Shown one piece after another: positions 1-12,173 of a DNA stretch of 38,573 bases (position 1 is the first letter of the stretch; each line of letters starts with the position of its first letter). Under the pieces are notes generated by a model that was given only the letters and a program-made list of their open reading frames with translations, searched no databases and was not told the DNA's origin. Location: NCBI RefSeq assembly GCF_036365525.1, contig NW_027142325.1:496001-534573 (forward strand), in the 5' to 3' direction. The position numbers and the translations under genes were made by a program. Source of the stretch: Heterodontus francisci (Eukaryota).

Positions 1-98
1 TTCAAAAGTTATTTGTAACAATGTCCAGTACAAGTCTCAGGCAAAGTTCCATATGATGAAATTAATATTTCCATTTGGCATGTGGGGCTTCCGTCACA
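1..98 (-). repeat. Partial LTR (start of the 3' LTR of the - strand LTR retrotransposon, running off the window)
   Basis: 1-98 matches 7151-7248 at an exact offset of 7150 with 9 mismatches in 98 nt. Both end in ...TCACA, i.e. a TG start on the - strand. Confidence 0.85.
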
Positions 99-284
99 CC
101 TCTGGACCACGCCAAATGAAATGTGACAATGGATGCATTTCATTATAGGAGTTAAAAAAAAGAGAAAACACTGGAAAACACACATGCATTTTTTCATTCA
201 CTCTCATCCACTCTGTCATCCACTCAGAAATCTTAATATTGTTGCAGCTTGTCCTTTTTCCCTCTGAAGCAGCAGTGTTGATTT

Positions 285-3200
285 CACAGAATCACAGAAT
301 CGTTACAGTGCAGAAGGAGGCCATTGTCTCCGCACTGGCTCTCTGAAAGAGCAATTTCCTCAGTTCCATTCCCCTGCCTTCTCTCCATAACCTTGCACAT
401 TCTTCCTTTTCATATAACTGTCTAATTCCCTTTTGAATGCTTCAATTGAACCTGCCTCCACCACATTCTCAGGCAGTGCATTCCAGACCTTAACCACTTG
501 CTGCAGGAAAAAGTTTTTCCTCATGTCACTTTTGCTTCTCTTACCAAATACTTTAAATCTGTGCCTTCTCATTCTCAATCCTTTCATGAGTGGGAACAGT
601 TTTTCTCTAGCTACTCTTTCCAGACCCTTCATGATTATGAATACCTCTATCAAATCACCTCTCAGCCTTCTCTTCTCCAAGGAAAACAGTCCTAACTTCT
701 CCAATCTATCTTCATAACTGAAATTCCTCATCCCTGGAACCATTCTGGTGAATCTTTTCTGTACTCTCTCCAATGCCCTCACATCTTTCCTCAAGTGCGG
801 TGCCCAGAATTCAACGCAATACTCCAGCTGAGGACAATCTAGTGTCTTATACAAGTTCAACAAAACTTTCTTGCTCTTGTACTCTATGCCCTTATTAATA
901 AAGCCCCAGACTCTCAATGACTTATGCACGTATATACCTAGGTCCCTCTGCTCTTGCACCCCCTTTAGAATTGTACTCTTTATTCTATATTGCCTCTCCA
1001 TGTTCTTCCTACCAAAATGAATCACTTCACATTTCTCAGCATTGAACTTCATCTGCCACCTGTCTTCCCCTTCCACCAACTTGTCTATGTCCTTTTGTAG
1101 TTCTACACTATCCTCCTCACAGTTCACAATGTTTTGTATCATCTGCAAACTTTGAAATTGTGCCCTGTACACCAAGGTCTAGGTCATTAATATATATCAG
1201 GAAAAGCAAGGGTCCCAACACTGATCCCTGGGGAACTCCACTACAAACATTCCTGCAGTCCGAAAAACATCCATTAACCACTGCTCTTTGTTTCCTGTCA
1301 CTCAGCCAATTCCGTATCCATGTTGTTACTGTCCTGCTTATTCCATGAGCTACAGGTTTGTTCACAAGTCTGTTATGTGGCACTGTATCAAACGCATTTT
1401 GAAAGTCCATGTACACTACATCAACAGCATTGCCCTCATCAACCCTCTCTGTTACCTCCTCAAAAAACTCTAGCAAATTAGTTAAACATGATTTTCCATT
1501 AAGAAATCCATGCTGGTTTTCCTTAATTAACTCGTATTTGTCCATGTGACTATTGATTTTGTCCCAAATTATTTTTCCTAGAAGTTTTCCCACCGCTGAA
1601 GTCAAACTGGCTGGCCTGTAGTTGCTGGGCTTATCTTTACACCCTTTTTTGAACAAGGGAGTAATGTTTGCAATTCTCCAGACCTCTGGCACCACCCTCG
1701 AGTATAAGGAAGACTGAAAAATTATGGCCAGTGCCTCTGCGATTTCCACTGTCACTTCCCTCAATATCCTTGGATGCATCTCATCTGGTCCTGGTGCTTT
1801 ATCCTCTTTAAGTACAGACAGCCTATCTAATACTTCCTCATTGTCAATTTTAAACCCTCTAATGTCTGACTTGCCTCCTCTTTCAACAATGCTTAGGTTG
1901 CATCTTCGTCCTTGGTAATGACAGATGCAAATTTAATACCTCAGCTATGCCCTTTAACTCCATGTGTAAATCCCCTTTCTGGTCCCTAATAGTCCCCACT
2001 CCTCCTTTTACCACCCTTTTACTATTTATATTCCTATAGAAAACTTTGGGATTCCCTTTAATGCTAGTTGCCAGTCTCTTTTCATGCTCTCTCTTTGCTT
2101 CTCTTATTTGATTTTTCACTTCCCCTCTGGACATTTTATATTTAGCCTGGTTCTCAATAGTATTTTCTACCTGGCATCTGTCACAAGCACACTTTTTCTT
2201 CTTTATATTAATCTTTACCTCTTTTGTCATCCAGGGAGCTCTGGATTTGTTTGCCCTACTTTTCCCCATTGTCATCGACCGGTTTTCCTGCCAGCTTTTA
2301 ACTCTAATTTATTCGCCCAACTCCATTCTTCTCCCATTGAAGTTGATTATTCTTACTCTGGATTGCTCTTTGTCCTTTTCCATAGTCAGCCTAAACCTTA
2401 TGATACAATGATCACTATCCCCTAAATGCTCTCCTACTGATACTTGATCCAATCGGCCCACCTCATTCCCAAGAACCAGGTCTAGCAGTGCCTCCTTTCT
2501 TGTTGGACTAGCAACATACTGTTGTAAAACATTTTCGTGAACACACTCTAGGAACTCTTGCCCGTCACTGACCTTTACACTCCTATTATCCCAGTCTATG
2601 TTTGGATAATTAAAGACCCCCATTATAACTACCCGATAATTTTTGCAGCTCACTGGAATTTTCTTGCAAATTTGTTCCTCCACGTCCTTCCCACTAGCTG
2701 GTGGCCTGTAGATAACACTGAGCAATGTAACTGTATCTTTTTTCTTCCTTAGCTCTAGCCAAATTGATTTTGTCCTCGACCCCTCTGGGACATCCTTTTT
2801 CTCCAGCACTGCAACAGTTTCCTTCAACAATACCGCCACTCCTCCCCCTTTTTCCCTTTCTTACCTTTCCTGAACACCTTGTATCCAGGAATATTCAACA
2901 CCCAGTCCAGCCCTTCTTTGAGCCTGGTCTCTGTTCAAGCCTCAACATCACATTTCCACAAGGCAATCTGCACCTGTACCTCACTGGTCTTATTACCCAC
3001 AGTCCATGCATTCACATACATGCACATTAACCCTGATTCAGACTTTATTACTTTCTCCCTTACGCTGACCCCACCTAATAATTTACTATTCCCGACTCCG
3101 AGTCGTGGATAGTGATGAGGATTGTCAGAGGATACAGCAGGATAGAGATCGGTTGGAGACTTGGGCGGAGAAATGGCAGATGGAGTTTAATCCGGACAAA

Positions 3201-4841
3201 TGTGAGGTAATGCATTTTGGAAGATCTGATACAGGTGGGAAGTATACAGTAAATGGCAGAACCCTCAGGAGTATTGACAGGCAAAGAGATCTGGGCGTAC
3301 AGGTCCACAGATCACTGAAAGTAGCAACGCAGGTGGATAAGGTAATCAAGAAGGCATACGGCATGCTTGCTTTCATCGGTCGGGGCATAGAGTATAAAAA
3401 TTGGCAAGTCATGCTGCAGCTGTACAGAACCTTAGTTAGGCCACACTAGGAATATTGCGTACAATTCTGGTCACCACACTACCAGAAGGAAGTGGAGGCT
3501 TTGGAGATGGTACAGAAGAGGTTTACCAGGATGTTGCCTGGTCTGGAGGGCATTAGCTATGAGGAGAGGCTGGATAAACACGGATTGTTTTCACTGGAAT
3601 GACGGAGGTGGAGGGGCGACATGATAGAGGTTTACAAAGTTATGAGTGGCATGGACAGAGTGGATAGTCAGAAGCATTTTCCCAGGGTGGAAGAGTCAGT
3701 TACTAGGGGACATAGGTTTAAGGTGCGAGGTGCAAAGTTTAGAGGGAATGTGCGAGGCAAGTTCTTTACACAGAGGGTGGTGAGTGCCTGGAACTTGCTG
3801 CCAGGGGAGGTGGTGGAAGCAGATACGATAGCGACGTTTAAGAGGCGTCTTGACAAATGCATAAATAGGATAGGAATAGAGGGATACGGTCCCCGGAAGA
3901 GCAGAAGGTTTTAGTTTAGGCAGGCATCAAGATCAGCGCAGGCTTGGAGGGCCGAATGGCCTGTTCCTGTGCTGTACTGTTCTTTGTTTTTTGCACTCTT
4001 GTTCTATCTATCTCCCCCAGTATTCTGTGCTCCTTGGTTTTCCTCTCTGATACTTGCTCCTGGTTCACACACCCCTGACAAGTTACCAGTTTTGCTTCCC
4101 TGCAATCTGAGCTCCCTCTCAGGTTCCCACCCCCTGACAATTTAGTTTAAACCTTCCCCCAACAGCACTGGCAAATCTCCCTGCAAGGATATTCGTCCGT
4201 CTTGCTCAGATGCAACCCGTCCATCTTGTACAGGTCCCACCTGCCCCAGAACAGGTCCCAATGCCTCAGAAATCTGATGCGTTCCCTTCTACACCAGTTC
4301 TTCAGCCACATGTTCAATTGCTCAATTCTACTATTCCTCTGCTCACTTGCATATGGGACTGGGAGTAATCCTGAGATTACTGCTTTTGAGGTCCTGCTTT
4401 TTAGTCTCCTTCCTAGCTCCCTAAAATCTGCTTTCAGGACCTCATCCCCCTTCTTAACTATGTCATTGGTACCAATGTGGACCACGGCCTCTGGCTGTTC
4501 ACCCTCCCCCAGAAGAATGTCCTGCAGCCGCTCCGTGACATCCTTGACCCTAACACCAGGGGAGGCAACACACCACCCTGGAGTCATGTTTACTGCCATA
4601 GAAACGCCTCTCTGTTCCCCTAACTAATGAATCCCCTATCACTACTGCTCTTCCACTCTTCGTCCCCCCATTCTATGCAGCTGAGCCACCTGTGATGCCA
4701 CAAACTTGGATCTGACTGCCACTCCTCTGAGGAATCATCACCCTCACTAGTATCCAAAATGGAAAACCGATTAGCGAGTGAGATCATATCAGGGGACTCC
4801 TGCACTACCTGCCTGGTTCTCTTAGATTGCCTGGCGGTCAC
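285..4841 (-). mobile_element. Near full-length decayed CR1 LINE (ORF1 esterase domain, APE endonuclease, RT), interrupted at ~3103-3990
   Basis: ORF1 SGNH-esterase-like segment 4147-4599 (PGVRVKDV..VVHIGTNDI). Endonuclease 2309-2839 (IYRPP, MGVFNYP, LLDLVL, DSDH). RT 1117-1779 ([22 protein letters not shown]). C-terminal part 360-1175. (ATTCTGTG)n-type tail at ~285-300. Frameshifts and stops are present. Confidence 0.93.
3103..3990 (+). mobile_element. 5'-truncated CR1 LINE 3' fragment nested in the opposite orientation
   Basis: ORFs 3105-3449 (WQMEFNPDKCEVMHFG) and 3621-3914 (TRGHRFKV, FFTQRVV). 3' UTR ends gccgaatggcctgttcctgtgctgtactgttctttg. Confidence 0.9.
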
Positions 4842-5945
4842 TCATTCTTTGGGGTATGGGGTTACTCTCCCTTTGGACACAATATCCTGATAACATTCAG
4901 GGATCTCGTTACATTTTCCTGTACCCAGAGCAGACTGTTTCCTGGGACTTACTGCTGTTGCAATTAAAGCCACAGCCTGCTCTGCTGTGCTTTCCATCAG
5001 GGTCCCTTTTCCAGCACTGGGCAGGTGTGCCCTGATTAACCTTATAGGCTTTCCCCTAAGCTGCAACTGGACTCGCTCTGTGCACTTTTTGTTCCTCCAC
5101 ATGGGTCTTTATAGAAAGAGGGAGAGAGTTTTTCAATTCCTCAAGTAGAATCAACTCTCTGAGGTTTTCATACGTGGGCTGCACTTTAAGGGCCCTTAAC
5201 CACTGGCCAAAAAACAGCTCCTTACTGCTTTCAAACTCGAGGTAAGTTTGATCAGCTTGTTACCGGAGGGTTCGGAATTTCTGGCAGTACGCTTCTGGTA
5301 CTAGCTCATATGCCCCAATGATAGCATTTTTAGTCAATTCATAATTTAATGAACCAGCAACAGTGAATAAACCTTTTCCTGTTAGCTTGCTTTGTCGCTG
5401 GAGGATCCAGCTCTTTGCCGGCCATTTCAACTGTCTCGCAAGCTTTTCAAAAGTTACAAAAATGCTTCCACATCCCCCTCATTGAAACTTGGGATCAATT
5501 GGGAGAACTTTATGAGCTCAGCACATGGTCCTGAGTTAAGTGCAGTCTCCATATTGGCCATGCTTTCACTGGCCCCACACTGCCCCACCCCACCCCACCC
5601 CCAGCTAATTCAAGCCGCCGTAACTCCCTATCTTGCTGCTCCTTCTGGAAAATTCTCTCTCTTTCTTCCTGTCTTCCAATTCATGTTTCCTTTGTTCGAA
5701 TTGTGTCCTAGCTAACATTACCTTGTCTGAGTCTGACTCCAACCCTGTCTCCGAATCTTCAGGTTCGAGTGAAAAATGGTTGGCCACAAGTCTTAGGATG
5801 TCGGATTTCTTACCTCTTGCACGGAAAGTAATCCCAAACTGCCCAGCCACATTTTTCAACTTTTCCACTTATAGGGCCTTTATCTTATCCCAAGTTACTT
5901 CATCCTGGCTTGGGAAAGTACTGGCCTCGGATGCGGAGATGTTAG
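4842..5945 (-). pseudogene. Disrupted gag of a Gmr1-like Gypsy LTR retrotransposon with a SCAN-like domain
   Basis: Minus-strand translation across stops and frameshifts gives EKLKNVAGQFGI..KKSDILRLV, a coiled coil, IPSFNEGDVEAF..EKLARQLKWP, and YELVPEAYCQKFR..TYLEFESSKELFFGQW..LRELILLEELKNSLP. These are typical of SCAN-containing Gmr1-type gag. Confidence 0.8.
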
Positions 5946-6046
5946 TATTCTAGCAACACAAACCACAAGAAAACCTGTATTGATTTTTTTTTTGTTGGGA
6001 TCAATTTGGTTTCTCACTTCCAATTTCTCGTTTGTCTGTGTACAAT

Positions 6047-6065
6047 GCCAGACTAGAGCCCCCAA
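6047..6065 (-). promoter_or_regulatory. Degenerate primer-binding site, tRNA-Pro type
   Basis: The - strand reads ...CGTAACA gaaat TGGGGGCTCtagtctggcat just after the LTR end. TGGGGGCTC matches the canonical tRNA-Pro PBS start (TGGGGGCTCGTCCGGGAT). Confidence 0.65.
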
Positions 6066-6340
6066 ATTTCTGTTACGACCAGGTGAGGAAGGGGTCTCAG
6101 ACTCCCCTTTTGCCCCTTCTCTGGGTTGACCACAGCAGGGTTTATCTTTTTTAACAGAGATTTAACTTACCACCTCAGTGAGCGCTTACTCCTGTTCCTC
6201 TAATATATTTGCAAATGAACCAATCAGACAGGTTTTCTTTCTTGAGTTTAAACAAGAAAGATGTAAGTTTATTAACCTTATCACTCTAAACCGGTTAAAA
6301 TTACTAAAATACGCTATGCATCCATACCCACATTCACACA

Positions 6341-6494
6341 NNNNNNNNNNNNNNNNNNNNNNNNNNNNNNNNNNNNNNNNNNNNNNNNNNNNNNNNNNNN
6401 NNNNNNNNNNNNNNNNNNNNNNNNNNNNNNNNNNNNNNNNNNNNNNNNNNNNNNNNNNNNNNNNNNNNNNNNNNNNNNNNNNNNNNNNNNNNNN
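6341..6494. other. Assembly gap (Ns)
   Basis: Run of n preceded by a CA-repeat start, probably a collapsed microsatellite. Confidence 0.99.
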
Positions 6495-6740
6495 CAGAGT
6501 TGGGAGGTTGGAATCGAGTCCTTTATAAATGGAATGTAAATACTGAGTCTCAGTCCCAGAGTTTTTAGTTGAAATTGCAGTCCTGAAGATCTCGCTGGGC
6601 CATGTGCACGGGTCAGGCTGGTTACTCAGGTTCTGGAAGGCAGGAGAGAGACTTTATCCTTGTCCCCCGGTTGCTGACTGTAAGGATCTGTAGACTTGTC
6701 TTCCACCAGACGCAGATTGAGGCTTCTCAGGATCTCTACT

Positions 6741-6772
6741 AGAGAGAGAGAGAGAGAGAGACAGAGACAGAG
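6741..6772. repeat. (AG)n microsatellite
   Basis: agagagagag... directly visible. Confidence 0.9.
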
Positions 6773-7819
6773 ATGCTGTTCCCTTGCTGGATCCCAGTGA
6801 CTGTCTGACTTCTGAGTCACCAATCACAAATCTCTTGAGTGGGCCAAGCAGTCATGTGATGTGACCACCACTTTATGTCTGAATCAGCATCTTCCGGAAT
6901 GATCTTTGAAATTCAGGGCTCTCCTCCTAGCTGTTCAGACATACTTGGCAGGGGAGATTTGACTCTTTCAATGTCAATGGGTGTCGATGGCTTTTGATGA
7001 CCCCTCATTGATAAGGTCATCCCAGATAAGTGAATCAGAGAGCACCCCATTGTTCTGACTAGCTGAGTAATCATATCTGTCTCCAGACTGATTCTTTGGT
7101 ATTTCATATGCAAATTGTGCTTGGCCATCTGGGCTGCTAGCTGTTCAGTTTTTAAAAGTTATTTGTAACAATGTCCAGTACAAGTCTCAGGCCAAGTTCC
7201 ATGCGATAAAACTAATATTTCCATTTGGCATGTGGGATTTCCATCACAGGGTTTTCAAATCTTCAATACTTAATCAATTTAACTTATCATGTGACATGTC
7301 TCCTGCTCTTCTGCATGAAATGCGTCCTTTTGTTTCTCGCACCCGAGAAAAGAAATGAATGATATGAGAAAACCTGTTTGTTCAATTTTCACAGTTTTAG
7401 AGATCCATTTTCCTCCCATTTCCAAATATTTTATTTAAGCAGTTCAGAATCCCAGCTTTGAGCCCCCATTTTGGTATGGACAGGTGGTAACTTGTGTGGG
7501 TGGCTTCCAATTTTCACCTCCCAACTGATTGCGATTGTGTTTTGTTAAAAATGGTGCATTTTTAGGGCCAAATAAACTGACAAACGATAGTTTTCTTGTA
7601 GGTTAAAAAAACACCTATTTTCTTTGGAACAATTCCTGAAATGGTCGCAACCTTCACCCACTCGCACATTCACACATACACAAGAATAGATAGAGAGAAA
7701 AAGGTCGGATGCATTTAAAGTCCAAGGTAATATAAAACTTTGTGGATTACAGAATGCTGTTGAATCATCTGGGGAGAAAAGTCTTCTTTTAAAGGTACAG
7801 GCCTGGTTGTCTGCTTGCT

Positions 7820-8136
7820 CTTTATTTATTTATTTAGAGATACAGCACTGAAACAGGCCCTTCGACCCACCGAGTCTGTGCTGACCGACAACCACCCATT
7901 TTATACTAATCCTACATTATCCCCATATTCCCTACCACATCCCCACCATTCTCCTACCACCTACCTACACTAGGGGCAATTTACCTATCAACCTGCAAGT
8001 CTTTGGCTGCGAGAGGAAACCGGAGCACCCGGCGGAAACCCACAGGGAGAACTTGCAAACTCCGCACAGGCAGTACCCAGAACTGAACCTGGGTCGCTGG
8101 AGCTGTGAGGCTGCGGTGCTAACCACTGCACCACCC
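7820..8136 (-). mobile_element. tRNA-derived V-SINE (HE1-like shark SINE)
   Basis: (TTTA)n tail at 7820, CR1-like tail, V-core ggaaaccggagcacccggcggaaacccac, and a tRNA-like head (A box GGTGCAGTGGTTAGCA, B box GGTTCAG) on the - strand. Confidence 0.85.
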
Positions 8137-8139
8137 TAA

Positions 8140-8281
8140 ATGAACTTAATTCAATTAATTAATTAATTGAATTTAAATTCCACCAGCTGCCATGTTGGGA
8201 TTTGAACCCATGTCCCCAGGACATTAGCCTGGACCTCTGGATTGCTAGTCCAGTGACATTACCACTACGCCACCATCTCTC
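8140..8281 (-). mobile_element. 5' part of a tRNA-derived SINE (same family as 11801-12173)
   Basis: The - strand reads GGTGGCGTAGTGGTAATGTCACTGGACTAG...GGGTTCAAATCCC...GCAGCTGGTGGAATTTAAATTC, matching the head of the 11801 element. Confidence 0.8.
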
Positions 8282-8989
8282 CATTTTTTCTCTCCATCTT
8301 GCTGAGGTGTTGTACAGTTCTATTGGTTAAAACTCAGCCCAAGGTTGGTGGTGTGAATTTGGTTTACCTTCACAGATGGAGAGTCTTAAAGTCACTTTGT
8401 AATTTCTCTGCTGTAATGGTTGTTCAGTTCTTGCTCAGCAGGGTTCTGCTTAGCTGGATCTCTCTCTCAGCCTCTGGCTGGAAACTGGCTTTCGGTGGTC
8501 TTGTCTGGATCTTCCTCTCTCTCCAGAGGGCTACCAATTAAGGTCAAAATCCATCACATTTGACTTTCTGTTAGGTGGTGCATGGCCCTGTTCCCTGGTG
8601 TGAGCACACAATGGACCAGGATGTAGAAACCATGGCTATCTATTGACGTCTGAATGGGAATCATTCTGTTATAATGATGCTACTTAACTCATTCATTTTG
8701 GTTTGGGCTGTGAGTCAGTCTGTCTTCTGAACCTTTTGTTAGTTCATGCAGGTAGATAGGAGTCATCAATATGCAATGGGTTCTCCCAGAGCTATTTCAG
8801 ATGAAGTTAACAAGTTTAACCCTCCACAGACGGAACTGTGTATTGTCAACACAAGAGGGGGTTCACGTGATCACTACTCCATATTGTCTGTGCAATAATT
8901 GTCCTTGTTCTTGTGGTTCAGTGTAAAAGTTGACTTTTTATTTTCATAATTCCTCCAATTCATTGTTTATTTCAACACAGCTCCTTCCA

Positions 8990-9352
8990 AGCATGTGAGG
9001 AGAGACTGAAGAAGCTGGCATTGTCCCCTTAGAGCAGAGAAGGTTGAGGGAGATTTAGTCGAGGGGTTTAAAAACATTGAGGAGTTTTGATAGCGTAAAT
9101 CATGAGAAACTGTTTCCATTGGCAGGAGGGTGATATTTTCTTACAGAGTGAGTTCAGATGATCTGGAATGCAGTGACTGAAAGGCTGGTGGAAACAGATT
9201 CAATACCAACCATCAAAAGGGAATTGGATAAATACTTGAAGGGTAAATATTGCAGAACCATGGAGAAAGAGTAAAGGTGTGGGACGAATTAGATATCTCT
9301 CTCAAAGAACCAGCACAGGCATGATGGGGGAATGGCCTCCTGTGCTGTTTGA
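8990..9352 (+). mobile_element. Old CR1 3' fragment
   Basis: gaggagagactg..agagaaggttgaggggagattt..aaaagggaattggataaatacttg..aatggcctcctgtgctg resembles the CR1 3' ends elsewhere in the window. Confidence 0.75.
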
Positions 9353-9374
9353 TTTTATTTATAAAATAATGGAT

Positions 9375-9482
9375 AGCTGGAAGTGAATTACAGCCTAGAA
9401 TCTAATCGAGAGTTCTGGGGATTGAAAATCCTGTCCTGTTACACTGACAGTGGGATATTGCTCATCAGACACAGCGCTCTCT
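9375..9482. repeat. 108-bp dispersed direct repeat, copy 1; its first half is an inverted monomer of the large satellite
   Basis: Matches 10410-10517 with 6 mismatches. Confidence 0.85.
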
Positions 9483-9519
9483 GATGACCTCAGGATTTAA
9501 TACAGGATCAGCTCATTTA

Positions 9520-9680
9520 CATACGGAACAACAAATAATATAATGGAGGTGTTTTAGATGATGGAAGTATTTAACAATTTCCTCTGGTGGGGGAATTACA
9601 GAACAAGGGAGCATAACCTTAGATTTATAGTTAGGCTGTTCAAGGGTTATGTCAGTAAGAACTTCACACAAAGGGTGACG
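9520..9680 (+). mobile_element. Short degenerate CR1 ORF2 C-terminal fragment
   Basis: tttcctctggtgggg..agaacaagggagcataaccttag..ttcacacaaagggtg (TREHNL, FTQRV). Confidence 0.6.
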
Positions 9681-10037
9681 AGACATTTCCTGCGACACTT
9701 GCTGAGACATTTGTTAATAAGACCTGCCTGTTTGAAGTCTGTGCCATGAAATTTATTCATGTAGTGTTGCCTCTTGTGGTGCTCTGCAGGCTGCCCTTGC
9801 TTCCCGGAGACAGGCAGTCCCACAGGTCACTACCTGTGTGACCCCATGCCCCGTTCTTCATTGATATGTGCGCAAGCAGCAGCATCCCCTGCCAGGGCCT
9901 GAACACGTTGAATTGGCACCATCCTGAAGACAACTGGCTGATGTAACGTCAGGATTCCAAATTTGAACAGCCCAGATCCTGGTAACGCTGAATTGTCCAC
10001 TCCTGAGCAAAGAAGCAAGATGGACTCTACAGCAGCT

Positions 10038-10255
10038 CCCCTGCTCTGCTTCAAGTAGTGCAGTGGGATCTTTTACATCCACCTGAGAGCAGACAGGGCC
10101 TCGAGTTAACGTCTCACCCGAAAGACAGGACCTCCAACAGTGTAGCACTGCCTGAGTACTGGACTGGAGTGATTTTGTGCTGAAGCCTCTGGAATGGGCA
10201 TTGAACAGACAGCTTTCTGATTGCAAAGTGAGAGTGCTACACACTAAGCCACAGC
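10038..10255 (-). mobile_element. tRNA-derived Deu-domain SINE (SacSINE1/AmnSINE-related)
   Basis: cagacagggcctcgagttaacgtctcacccgaaagac is Deu-core-like. Head TGTGGCTTAGTGTGTAGCACTCTCAC on the - strand. Homologous to 29432-29735. Confidence 0.75.
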
Positions 10256-10261
10256 TCTCAC

Positions 10262-11370
10262 TATAAAGGGTTAGCATAACTTCCCTGCTTTTGTAATCTA
10301 TGTCACTATTTATAAAGCCCAGGATCCCATATAATTTTTAAAGACCATTATCCACTTCTCCTGCCACTAAGACAGATTTTTATATAGAAATGCCCAAGTC
10401 TCTTGTCCGAGCTGGAAGTGAATTACAGCCTAGAATCTAATCGAGAGTTTTGGGGACTGAAAATCCTGTCCTGTTGCACTGACAGTGGGACATTGCTGTT
10501 CAGACACAGCGCTCTCTACAGCCTCTTTAAAATTGTATTTTTTGTTATATTGCCTCTCCTCATTCTTCCTTCCAAAATGCATTATTGCACACTTCTCGGA
10601 ATTAAATTTCATCTGCCATGTGTCTACCCATTTTACCAGTCTGTTTATGTCCTCCTGAATTCTTTACCATTCCCCTCATTTCTTTGTTTCGTGTCATCTG
10701 CAAACTTTGAAATTATGCCTTGTATACCAAAGTCCAGGTTATTACTTCATCAAAGAACTCAATCAAGTTGTCAGAAATTATTTGCCTTTAACAGATCTGT
10801 GCTGGCTGACATTTGTTAACCCATATTTTTCTAAGTGACAACTAGTTTTGTCTTAGATTATTGTCTGGAATAGTTTCTCCCCCACCCCACAGCCCCCAAT
10901 CTACCCACTGACATTAGGCTGACTGGCCTGTAGTTATTAGGTTTATCCCTCTCCTCCTTTTTGAACAGGGGTGTAACATTTACAACCTGCCAGCCCTCTG
11001 GCATCACTCCCATATTGAAAGAGGATTGGACGATTGTAGCCACAGCTTCTGCTATTTCCATCCTTATCCCTCAGGAATCTAGGATGCTTCCCACATCTGG
11101 TCTGGGTGACTTTCCTACTTTGGACACTGCTAACCTTTCAAGTACTTCCTCTTTATCTCGTTTCTCCGAGTCAATTTCTCTACTACCTCCTCCATTACTG
11201 TGACACCGGCAGCTTCCTCCTATTTTGGGGAGAAATGTTCATTCAGTACCTCAGCCATGCCCTCTGCCTCCACACCATTTATTTTCTGGTCCCTAATCAC
11301 CAGAACCTTTCCGCTGACTATCCATCTACTATGTTTAGAAAGGACTTTAGTGTTCCAGATGTTTATGCTT
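10262..11370 (-). mobile_element. Degenerate, internally deleted CR1 ORF2 fragments
   Basis: ORFs 10430-10612 (MKFNSEKCAIMHFGRKN) and 10858-11061 (NVTPLFKK..NYRPVSL). The 108-bp repeat copy 2 interrupts it. Confidence 0.8.
10410..10517. repeat. 108-bp dispersed direct repeat, copy 2, embedded in a CR1 fragment
   Basis: Offset 1035 from copy 1. CR1-like sequence flanks both sides. Confidence 0.85.
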
Positions 11371-11374
11371 GTTG

Positions 11375-11800
11375 GAGGCCAATCATCTCAGGCCCAGATG
11401 CAGGAGATCCTCAGAGTAGTGTACCAGGTCCAACCATCTTCAGCTGCTTCATCAATGACCTTCTCTCCATCATAAGCTCTGAAGTGGGGATGATCCCTGA
11501 TGATTGTGCAATGTTCAGCACCTTTTGTGACTCCTCAGAATCTGAAGCAGTTCAAGCCTGCATGTAGCAAGACATGGACAACATTCAGGCTTGGGCTGAT
11601 AAGTGGAAAGTAACATTCGCACCACAGAATTGCCAGGCAATGACCATCTCCAACAAGAGAGAATCTAACCATCAGCCCTTGACATTCTACAGCATTACCA
11701 TCGTTGAATACTCCACCATCAACATCCTGGAGGGATTCAGAAGAAACTTAACTGGACCAGCCATATAAATACTATGGCTACAAGAATAGATCAGAGATTG
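11375..11800 (+). mobile_element. Fragment of a second CR1-group LINE family (RT region), same family as 37128-37886
   Basis: GDPQSSVPGPTIFSCFINDL..DD, then QAWADKWKVTFAP. Shares ccaggcaatgaccatctccaacaagagagaatctaacc with 37138. Confidence 0.8.
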
Positions 11801-12173
11801 AGGGTGACAGTGGTTCAGTGGTGCTGTCACTGATGTAATAATCTAGAAGCCCAGGCTAATTCCCCTGGGGCATGTGTTCAAATCCCACCATAGCAGCTGG
11901 TGGAATTTAATTTCAAATAATTGAAAAGAATCTCAAAATAATTGCCACTTTCAAGAATGGTGCCATAAAACTATTATCACTTGCCATTAACAAAAACATT
12001 TGGTTCACTAATGTCCTTGTCTGGCCTATAGGTGACTGCAAACCCACAGCAATGTGGTTGACTCTGAACTGCCCTCTGAAATAGCCCAGCAAGTCACTCA
12101 ATTGTCTGGGGCAATTAGGGATGGGGAACAAATGCTGGCCTTGCCAGTGATGCCCACAGGAATTTAAAAAAAA
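11801..12173 (+). mobile_element. Full-length tRNA-derived SINE with a LINE-derived 3' tail
   Basis: A-box-like GTGGTTCAGTGGT, B box GTTCAAATCCC, tail gggcaattagggatg..aaatgctggcc..gccag..gcccaca, and an A-rich end. Confidence 0.8.

Larger units (their letters stand above)
6071..7248 (-). repeat. 5' LTR of the Gmr1-like element (contains the N gap and an (AG)n microsatellite)
   Basis: TGTTAC at 6071 and ...ATCACA at 7248 give TG..CA termini. There is an adjacent PBS and a direct-repeat match to 1-98. Confidence 0.8.

Noticed and set aside
7290-8977. Possible second solo LTR (TGTGAC...CAACA) interrupted by two SINEs
   Set aside because: Composition is vaguely LTR-like, but no matching TSD or second copy is available to support boundaries.
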